From Nitrososphaerales archaeon (GTDB lineage Archaea > Thermoproteota > Nitrososphaeria > Nitrososphaerales > UBA213): DNA of 64,000 nucleotides. Shown piece by piece: positions 56,049 to 64,000 of this stretch (its first letter is position 1; the number at the start of each line of letters is the position of its first letter). The stretch spans positions 64,001 to 128,000 of the forward strand of contig CBDAOC010000018.1 of NCBI GenBank assembly GCA_965197925.1, in the 5' to 3' direction. The notes under the pieces are model-generated. The model was not told the origin of the DNA. It did not search any database and saw only the letters and a program-made list of their open reading frames with translations. Made by a program: the position numbers and the translations under genes.

Positions 56049-57255
56049 TTAAATCCACTTTACCGTTGGTTCAACATTGGCAAATTTCCTTATATCCTCT
56101 ACGGTATGACTTCTAATCTCTCTTGTACTCCTGAACTTCCGGATTATTTTTCCATTCACAATTAAATCGGTTAACAATGGTCTACAACCTGATGGTACTT
56201 CATTACCCGCTTCACTAATTATGTCATGAAATTCGCCATCCCTGTAGACTTGCTTTCTCCCCCCGATATCGCCTCTCTTAGCCCTGTACACTCTTCGGTG
56301 ATTTTCAATGATCTCAACTATCTTGAAACTGAAGTCTATAGGTTCAGCGGAACTTACGTTGGTACCCACAAAGCCATCAACACAATCCCTAAGTTGTGTT
56401 ATTTCCTCTTCATCCAAACCTCCGGACACATATATTTTCACATACTTTCCTCCTCGTAAGTTAATCTCCCAGCGAGCTTCTTCGACAATTTTCCTCCTAC
56501 TACCACGTCTACTTGAGGGAGTGTCAATCCTAATTCCATGAAGTCTTTCCTTCAAAAGTTCTAACGCCATAATAGATTCCAATTTTTCATCGCATAATGT
56601 GTAAATAAGTGCTATCCTAGGTACATCACCTGGAACAAAATCATCAAATGCCTTCCATGCTTTCAATTGATCATTGAAGACAAGTATTAGGGCATGTGGC
56701 ATTGTACCCATAGGCATTATTCCCATTAGTTCAGTCCCTAACAAGTTCGAAACGCTGTCAAATCCACCAATATAGGCTCCACATTCTATTGTAGCAGCCA
56801 AAGCGGGATGTTATCGCCTTGTACCGAAACTAAAAATGGCTTTATCATCAGCCCTCCTTATCTTCGCTACCTTACTTGATACTCCGCTCGAAAAGCATAG
56901 AAAACCTAAAATCGGGTTTTCGAAAATCGCAATATCTGCATAATTTGCTTCTATCTGCATAACAGGTTCATAAATTGGAGACTCTTTTGGCGATTGAAAT
57001 ATTTCACCTTCTTCCATTGCTCTAACATTCACATTCATCCCTTGAAACAATTTAGATACCTCATAAATTCCCGTAACCACACCCCAATCATCCTCGACGC
57101 TTCTAGCAAAGACTTCGATTACGACACGAGGATTCTTATTCATACTTTTCAGTATGTCTCTAGTATAGACAAAATACACATCCGTTGTCTTTCCTTGTTT
57201 TATCTCATCTTCCTTGGATATCCAAAATATTCGATCGCTTGGCTCACTGTTCATA
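56049..57255 (-). pseudogene. pncB: Nicotinate phosphoribosyltransferase, in-frame nonsense codon
   Basis: TTDVYF...SFGTRR*HPAL...GTMPHAL...IRIDTP...VSGGLD; TAA at 56811-56813 is in frame with the downstream half. Confidence 0.88.
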
Positions 57256-57664
57256 TGTTGAATATTATATTGCGGCTCAACCCTTTCTCTTTCTCTTATT
57301 CTTGATGTGAAATGTACACAGTCAGAAGTGATCTGCAACCCTACACAATCATTGATCACGAGGAAAAGTATCTGAATAAGATCCAATAGCTGTAGATCAA
57401 GGAGTAATTTGTTCATAATATGTAAAAATCAAAGTCTATTAAATCAGTGTAAATCTACTTACAAATTATTAAGAACACATATGTAATCAAAGAAAAATAT
57501 ACTATACAAGTACCTGTATAGCTAGTAAATTTGAACGTCTCCAAGATAACATTTTGTTTGATTTTCGATAGATATCACTCTTCGTGTGAAAGAACCTACT
57601 TGATCAATTCATTTAAGAGAATTCCTCAGATCGCATCATAATAGTTTAACAAATAAGCCAACGG

Positions 57665-58759
57665 TTAGATAACACGTTCATATTCTTTCTCTATTTCAAG
57701 CAGAAGTTTATTTCCATCTATTACACCATCACTCTTTAATATCGCGCTTATACACGCCCCACCAGCACCGACCCCTTCTTTTACAAAACCATAGGCGTAG
57801 GCCCTTAGACCTTCCTTATTTGATTTACTCAAATTTGGATCACAGGAAAGTATTGGTACATCCCCAATGGAATTGACCAACTGGCGTATATCGGATGAGT
57901 TGTCATTCAGAATATATCTAGTAGTCCCTATAACTAGATTCTTGACGGCGTTTTTATCTATAGTATTAATGACCGATAGTACTGCTGCCATCTGTGTTCC
58001 ACCAGCAAGCATAACATTGGATTTTTTGGATGCTCCTAATGCAATTGATGCTACAGTTGGTATCATAGGATCCCCCAAATGTGCTATTGCTTCAAGTGGT
58101 TCATTTGCAAAGTTGCCGAACGTTATAGATGCTGAGTTCATTCCATGTTGGACTGTGGCTAATTTCAATTCATGGGGATTATCTGGCATACTGCTGCTGA
58201 CTTTGAACCTAGCGTCTACACCCATTGCCAAAAGCACTCCCAATGCAGTTGTGGTACCTGCAGGTATACTCTCACCGATAATAACATTATTCACGCTATC
58301 ACCAAGTTCACTACCAATTTTTATGCCTTTATCGAAAGCTTTCTTCACTAACTCTATATTCAACGCATGCCCACTAGCTATATTTTCTCCAATTGGAATT
58401 TCAAGTGTGGTACACGGAATATTTGGTTTAATCTTGCTTCCGGCATCAACTACTACTAATGGAATATTTGCTGTTTTAAGTGCCGCCCTAGTTATAAGAG
58501 CAGGAGTTGGCTTACCATCAGGAGTTGCAGGAATTCTGCTTATGCATTTACATTCTCCGTGGTAAAGAAATTCCGCATCTGCAGACGGAGTAAATTGAAT
58601 TAAATCTGGATTTGCTCCCGCTAAGGTTATTCCTGGTATTTCGCATGTTTTCGTATATGATATCACACATACGAAACAACAGTCCCTACCACGTGCTCCA
58701 TCTATAAATTTTCTTGCCCTATTTTCGTTTCCCGATACTAATATTTCATGAGACTGCAC
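57665..58759 (-). CDS. cobT: Archaeal-type nicotinate-nucleotide--dimethylbenzimidazole phosphoribosyltransferase
   Basis: TPSADAEFL, PTPALITRA, GESIPAGTTTA, LAGGTQM, VKEGVGAGG. Confidence 0.9.
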   Translation of the reverse strand: MQSHEILVSGNENRARKFIDGARGRDCCFVCVISYTKTCEIPGITLAGANPDLIQFTPSADAEFLYHGECKCISRIPATPDGKPTPALITRAALKTANIPLVVVDAGSKIKPNIPCTTLEIPIGENIASGHALNIELVKKAFDKGIKIGSELGDSVNNVIIGESIPAGTTTALGVLLAMGVDARFKVSSSMPDNPHELKLATVQHGMNSASITFGNFANEPLEAIAHLGDPMIPTVASIALGASKKSNVMLAGGTQMAAVLSVINTIDKNAVKNLVIGTTRYILNDNSSDIRQLVNSIGDVPILSCDPNLSKSNKEGLRAYAYGFVKEGVGAGGACISAILKSDGVIDGNKLLLEIEKEYERVI

Positions 58760-59376
58760 TAGTCTTCACTCTGCATGAACTTCTGGAACTCTTCTTTAGT
58801 TCTTGGCCTTAAGACAAAGTTAGTCCTCTTCTCATCTCCTATAGTCGAAACCTGCTTGTCACCATAATCATGGCCGGGATAAATTTGGACGCTATCATCA
58901 AATTTAACCAATTTCCCAAATAAGCTATCGTAAAGTTTAGAGGCACTTCCGCCTGGAAGATCAACTCTTCCACAATTCCCGACAAATAAAGTATCACCAG
59001 TAAAGAGTATGTTTTCTACAAATAAACAGATGCTATCATTCGAATGTCCAGGAGTGAAGAATACACGAATACTCAAGTCACCTAATGTGATGATATCACC
59101 CTCATCTACAGTAATATTCTTCTCAAGCTCAGAGTTCTTATGCATAATTGTTTCAATATTTCCCAGTGAGGCAAGTTGCTCATTTCCGGATACATGGTCG
59201 AAGTGAGTGTGTGTATTGATTATGAAGAGAATTTTAAGTTCATATTTTTCTAAGATATTCAAAACTTTATCCAGATCCCATGATGGATCTATTACTGCCG
59301 CAAGCTTACTCTTCTCATCGGCAATAACATATGTAAAGTTGGCCATTGAACCCACTAATATTTGCTTTACAATCAT
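58759..59376 (-). CDS. MBL-fold hydrolase (glyoxalase II-like)
   Basis: THTHFDH, TPGHS, TGDTLF, PGH. Confidence 0.9.
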   Translation of the reverse strand: MIVKQILVGSMANFTYVIADEKSKLAAVIDPSWDLDKVLNILEKYELKILFIINTHTHFDHVSGNEQLASLGNIETIMHKNSELEKNITVDEGDIITLGDLSIRVFFTPGHSNDSICLFVENILFTGDTLFVGNCGRVDLPGGSASKLYDSLFGKLVKFDDSVQIYPGHDYGDKQVSTIGDEKRTNFVLRPRTKEEFQKFMQSED

Positions 59377-59386
59377 TATTATCTAC

Positions 59387-60127
59387 CTACCTGTCTGCTT
59401 CAGGGGGTATACCGATGGGCGCTACTATTATCTTTCCAAGGACACGTTTCTTTATGGCTAAACCCTTCTTCATTCTGTGAAAAGTTATAATAACATTTGC
59501 CGAAATGCATTTATCATGGATTTTACCGTTATCTGGATCAAGTCCTGATGGCACATCCACTGCGATTCTGTATGCATGCGATTTATTTATTACATCTATA
59601 AGGCTAGAATGGGGTTCTTTTATCTTACCCTTTATACCAATACCAAAGATTCCATCTATTATTATGTTAGCTTTGTTTATTAACCTGACCAATTCCTTGG
59701 TTACTTCCTTGGCAAGGATTATCTCTGTGCAATCCATTAGATCTATTATATTCCAGTTTAACCTTGCTTCCACTGTTTTCAGGTTGGCTGGGTTTCCAAG
59801 TAGGATCACCGTGACCTTCGGACTGTAATATGTGAGATGTCTGGCTACTACAAAGGCGTCTCCACCATTATTACCCGTCCCTGCGACAATAACAATTTTC
59901 TTTTTCTTCAACTTTTTGAACTTATTGAAGATGTAATCGGCTACAACACTTCCTGCATTCTCCATCATGAACGATCTTAAAAAGCCCATATTGTGTGCTT
60001 TTTCTTCTATCTCTCTCATTCTATCAGCCGTAATTGACTTCACACCCAGCATATCAACCGTCAAGAATATGGGCTTTGCTAAAGTAGCCTTGTTAAATAT
60101 AGGACTATTTGAGTAACCTGTTCTCAT
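59387..60127 (-). CDS. nnrE: NAD(P)H-hydrate epimerase (YjeF N domain)
   Basis: MENAG, GTGNNGGDAFV, DGIFGIG, VDVPSG; true start may be about 60052. Confidence 0.9.
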   Translation of the reverse strand: MRTGYSNSPIFNKATLAKPIFLTVDMLGVKSITADRMREIEEKAHNMGFLRSFMMENAGSVVADYIFNKFKKLKKKKIVIVAGTGNNGGDAFVVARHLTYYSPKVTVILLGNPANLKTVEARLNWNIIDLMDCTEIILAKEVTKELVRLINKANIIIDGIFGIGIKGKIKEPHSSLIDVINKSHAYRIAVDVPSGLDPDNGKIHDKCISANVIITFHRMKKGLAIKKRVLGKIIVAPIGIPPEADR

Positions 60128-60265
60128 TTAAATACAGAACATTCTTTCTCTTACCAATATACGATCGCTATTACTCTTATCAGCGTTAGAAAAATCAATC
60201 CTTTCCATACCCAATCATTTCCTAACCAACATATCAATTTCTTTCTTTCCTCACTTGATACCCAT

Positions 60266-62314
60266 TCATAGTGACTCGACTACCTTCCTAACCCTAATGT
60301 GCAATTTACCATTACTATGATAAAGTGTGGCAATACACTTGAATTCGGAACCCCTCTTCACAAGATCCCTCGGACCATCGTAGTCTTCAGCGTTCATTCT
60401 TGCATACCATTTGTCATCTATTCTCACAATTGCTGAACCCTGTATTATTTTCTCAACACTAACCATATACTCGTTCCCTTCAACTGGATTGAAGTTCTTT
60501 CTTAAAGCTATTGTATGATCGTTAATCCAAACTATCTGCCTAAGCCCTTCAAGCTTGTCACATGCAGTCTCTACCAATTGTTCATCCATATCAATGGAAT
60601 AAATATCTATTCCCTTCAATCCAGACTTTGTGATTTCTTTGTAGAGTTTTCTGGCCGCTCTATCAACTTCTCTCCTTGTCAGAGACACCATCGCCTGTTC
60701 CCGCATTGTTATTACAGGAGTTTCAGGGGTTGATGGCAATGCATCGATATTGGCTAAATTTATTGGAAACTCCTTCCTCCGGGGGAACATCTTCAGCTTC
60801 GTATTTAACGTTGACATTATTGATCTCATTGCCTGAACTCTCCTCTGGCTTGAATACAAGTACCTAGCATCTATAGAATCTCTCGTTGAAAGAATGATTA
60901 CATTTCCAGCCGTCTTTCTCCCAGTTCTCCCCCTCCTCTGTATGTACCTTATCTCGCTAGGTATCGGTTCGTAAAAGACTACGAGATCTACTTCTGGTAT
61001 ATCTAGTCCTTCTTCAGCTATCGATGTTGCTACCAGAACTTTGAAATCCCCTCCCCTGAACATCTCCAAAGTCTTGATCTGCTGTTCCTGTGTTAGACCC
61101 TCATCATGTAACTTCTTTGCCTGTCCAACAAATCTTGATGACTCTACACCATTTTTTTCCAAGATTTCTACAGCATGTGTAGCGGTATCTCTGAACTGTG
61201 TAAACACAAGAACCCTTGACTCTGCATTCCTTCTGAACTGCTCCTTTAGCAGATCCACAAGCAACAGCATCTTTGGATGCTCCCCTGTTAAAGAAAGCAA
61301 ATTTTTAAGTCGTTGTATTCTTGCATCTGATAATAGTATCTTGTGTGACCTCGAATTATCCTTACCCATTTTCTCCATGAATGCGAGTAGAGAGTATGCT
61401 CCCTGGCTCTCCAATAATTCCAGCGAATGAAATAGCGACATTGCAATTGAATTGTTCATCAGTGAGATCAAGAATGGGACCCTCTCCTCCTCCATGTTTA
61501 TCTCTATGTTATATCGCAACTCCTCTCCTGCATTTATCAGATCTTTCTTGTACACATACCGTGGATCCTTTCTGATTATCTTGCGTCTAACAAGCCATTC
61601 TATCCTTTCGTTAAGCATATCCCTGATCACCGATACCGCATTGTTATAATCATCTGGCAGAGAAACCCACTCCGATTCAATATTTATTGGATTTAGATAT
61701 GGACTTACATCTGTATCATCCTCGCTCCTGTACTCCAGTTGTTCAATGAATAGATTCTCGCATACATGCCGTATCCTCTCCTTATTAGCACCCGGACTGG
61801 CAGTCATTGCAAGTATCAATGGATAATCACACTGTTGTGCATAGAATTTGGCTATGGCAGTGTACGCGTAATCCCCTACAGCTCTATGACATTCGTCGAA
61901 TATAAGTAGGGAATAATCTGACAACATAAGTGTTTTATTCATAAGATCGTTCCTTACCACCTGCGGAGTTGCAAAGAATATCTTTGCGATGCTTCCCCAT
62001 ACAGCACTCCTGTAGTGCTGCTCAGTCTTACCGGTTAAAACGACAACGTTTTCCTCACTTATCCTCAGCTTCTTGATGTAGGTGTTCTTATGTTGTATTA
62101 TTAGAGGTCTTGTTGGAGCCATAATCAGAATCTTCTTGTCGCTGTATCGATAGAGTATATTAGCTACTATCAATGCAGAAATCACAGTCTTCCCCAGGGC
62201 AGTTGGAAGTGACACTAGGGTATTTTTCTTTGAAGCTGTAGATGCTATACTCTCCTGATACCTCCTGCTCTCTATTGCACCACTCCATATCAGCGGATGC
62301 TTTACATAGTCCAT
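60266..62314 (-). CDS. Hef/FANCM-like SF2 helicase without recognisable ERCC4 nuclease domain
   Basis: RRYQ, LPTALGKT, DECHRA, TASPG, EEGLDIP, QRRGRTGR. Confidence 0.88.
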   Translation of the reverse strand: MDYVKHPLIWSGAIESRRYQESIASTASKKNTLVSLPTALGKTVISALIVANILYRYSDKKILIMAPTRPLIIQHKNTYIKKLRISEENVVVLTGKTEQHYRSAVWGSIAKIFFATPQVVRNDLMNKTLMLSDYSLLIFDECHRAVGDYAYTAIAKFYAQQCDYPLILAMTASPGANKERIRHVCENLFIEQLEYRSEDDTDVSPYLNPINIESEWVSLPDDYNNAVSVIRDMLNERIEWLVRRKIIRKDPRYVYKKDLINAGEELRYNIEINMEEERVPFLISLMNNSIAMSLFHSLELLESQGAYSLLAFMEKMGKDNSRSHKILLSDARIQRLKNLLSLTGEHPKMLLLVDLLKEQFRRNAESRVLVFTQFRDTATHAVEILEKNGVESSRFVGQAKKLHDEGLTQEQQIKTLEMFRGGDFKVLVATSIAEEGLDIPEVDLVVFYEPIPSEIRYIQRRGRTGRKTAGNVIILSTRDSIDARYLYSSQRRVQAMRSIMSTLNTKLKMFPRRKEFPINLANIDALPSTPETPVITMREQAMVSLTRREVDRAARKLYKEITKSGLKGIDIYSIDMDEQLVETACDKLEGLRQIVWINDHTIALRKNFNPVEGNEYMVSVEKIIQGSAIVRIDDKWYARMNAEDYDGPRDLVKRGSEFKCIATLYHSNGKLHIRVRKVVESL

Positions 62315-62622
62315 ACATCTTATCTAATTTCACGTTAACTTATATCATATCTTTACAAATCTGAGGAAATTAGTGGATTAACCTTCTCCTTTGGATTTAC
62401 TTTTCTTCTTCATCAGATCTTCAAGCGTGTATTTTCCAACAGGTTCAAGATCTCAACGAGTTGCTTAGTTACAATATATGGTTTCTATGAGTCAAAGATT
62501 TAAAATAATTATTTGGATCGCATTTGATAGAATATGCGAACCTTTCTGGAGAGAGAGCGGGTAGAAAGCAGTATGTAGGATTTTTCCAAATTTCAAGTTG
62601 ATTCTGAAACAAAATATCATAT

Positions 62623-63502
62623 GAAGTCATCCCAATACTCTCCAATACATCATAATCGACGAAATGATAACAAATGCCAGATAGTTTTGTGCATTCTTCT
62701 CATATCTGATCCTGGTTCTGTGGAACCCATTCTTCAACCAGGCAAAGAATCTCTCCACAACATAGCGCGTCTTGCCGTATAGGTATTGTTCTGTATTATC
62801 ATTTTGTTGTTGTGTCTTACTGTTTTTTCTGTAAGGTATGCAGTCAGAGATTTTTCTTTTGGTGAGGTATTTCCTGATGAATTCTGCATCATAGCCCTTG
62901 TCTGCTTGGCACCGCGCAATTTTTCTGATAGATCTCTCATCCAGATATTGTGAGATGCCATCCATCACGTCTACAAATCTTGCAGAGTCATGCTGATTTG
63001 CAGGATCCATCACTACTGAGACTGGCAGTCCGTTTTGTTCCACCGCAACGTGTATTTTTGTGCCTGAAATCCTGTTGAATCCGTTGTATCCTATGACGCT
63101 TCCCCTTTTTTGGCCGGAACTGATGACGAATCGACCGTTTTTTGCAGCTGCATCTTGCCTGATCTGTGGGCTGATTTGACTGCAGCGGAGAGGATATTCT
63201 TCCATATTCCACGTCGCTGCCAGTTCTGCAGTCTGCGGTGCGCAGTTGATTTGGAGCCGTACCTTTGTGACATCCCAGTCCACCTGCATCCTGTTATCCC
63301 GACAAACAGGATTCCGTTGACTGTCTTTCTGTCGTCTGCCCTTGGCCTTCCGGTTCTGGCTGGCTTGGGGAGATGCGGTGATATCATCTTCCATTGTTCA
63401 CCTGTTATCTCCTGAAATTTCATGATCTGCTACGGGCAGCATTGCAAATAGATCCAAATGATCGTCAATTATTCACTAAATGATCAGTTTTGGGATCAGT
63501 TG
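62623..63502 (-). mobile_element. IS5-family (IS427-like) element, copy C, apparently intact
   Basis: Imperfect 16-bp TIRs (GAAGTCATCCCAATAC / GTTTTGGGATCAGTTG), TAT on both flanks; orfA 63091-63423 joined to orfB by -1 shift at A6G4; intact ADKGYD and VVERFF. Confidence 0.9.
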
Positions 63503-63570
63503 TATGAAATATGCCCTAATCATACCACAAAAACCTTAAAGACGGAGACATAATTGTATTGAGTGAAAAA

Positions 63571-64000
63571 ATGAGTCTCCTATCTCACTTCCCGGGTAAA
63601 CCATTTGATATACAAATTCATGTTCTGAAACAGGTAGAACAAGCTATAAATTCTGGTTTTAAGTATATTGTAATACAGGCTCCAACTGGTACAGGTAAAA
63701 GCTTCATAGGTGCAACAATAGCCAGATTCAAAGGAACTTCTTCAATATTGAGTTCGACCACTGATCTCGAGGATCAATACAATCGTGATTTTCCTTGGAT
63801 GTATACCATAAGGGGTAAATCCCACTTCGATTGTAAGCAACTACAGGACCAATTCGGCCACTTAAAACAGGATGGAATAAAGATCAAGAAGAATGAACTT
63901 ACATGTGACAAGGGTGAATGTTTTGATGATCTTGCAAAAAAGTGGTGTAAGTATCATCCAGATAGAGACGGTTTTAAAATAGAGAATAAGGGTACGTTGA
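63571..64000 (+). CDS. DinG/XPD(Rad3)-like helicase, 5' part (runs off window end)
   Basis: MSLLSHFP...Q...QAPTGTGKS...DQY...RGKSHFDC with further Cys of a probable Fe-S domain. Confidence 0.8.
   Translation, partial: MSLLSHFPGKPFDIQIHVLKQVEQAINSGFKYIVIQAPTGTGKSFIGATIARFKGTSSILSSTTDLEDQYNRDFPWMYTIRGKSHFDCKQLQDQFGHLKQDGIKIKKNELTCDKGECFDDLAKKWCKYHPDRDGFKIENKGTL

Noticed and set aside
57867..58565. 232-aa plus-strand ORF (and similar ones at 21915-22490, 27187-27684, 15301-15705)
   Set aside because: Antisense to well-supported genes; no motifs
62627..63394. 255-aa ORF as a single-frame transposase
   Set aside because: Its N-terminal part is an alternative frame of orfA; the real product is most likely the orfA-orfB fusion at A6G4

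Overview
AT-rich archaeal DNA whose gene content and protein sequences point to Nitrososphaerota (Thaumarchaeota); the lineage call is inference. The backbone is housekeeping: ychF, birA, the exosome cluster (SBDS-rrp4-rrp41-rrp42-rpl37ae-pcc1-pfdB), rpoD-rpl18e-rpl13-rps9, leuCD, RPA, Lhr, rpl1-rpl10 with a convergent rpl12, alaS-leuS, XPB-Bax1, trxB, cysteine synthase-tusA-cofE-serB, cobT, nnrE, a Hef-like helicase and the start of a DinG/XPD helicase. Many gaps between these genes hold insertion sequences or decayed genes: about 12 IS copies or remnants from at least four DDE groups, two clear and one doubtful tyrosine-integrase relics, two orphan tRNA 3' fragments, and pseudogenes including a ferritin/Dps-like gene, pncB and a methyltransferase. 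A decayed integrative island lies at about 31.2-42.2 kb around tRNA-Gly(CCC). It carries a TPR-repeat gene, phased short repeats, a Cys-repeat exported protein and a catalytically altered integrase. The most promising leads are (i) a two-domain SDR resembling the aldehyde-forming half of Chloroflexus malonyl-CoA reductase, (ii) a signature of IS expansion and pseudogenisation, including defective IS copies that seem to have spread in trans, and (iii) a Hef helicase with no ERCC4 nuclease. I found no CRISPR array, rRNA or reverse transcriptase, and no clearly complete novel multi-gene system. All calls are by eye from the sequence and ORF track.
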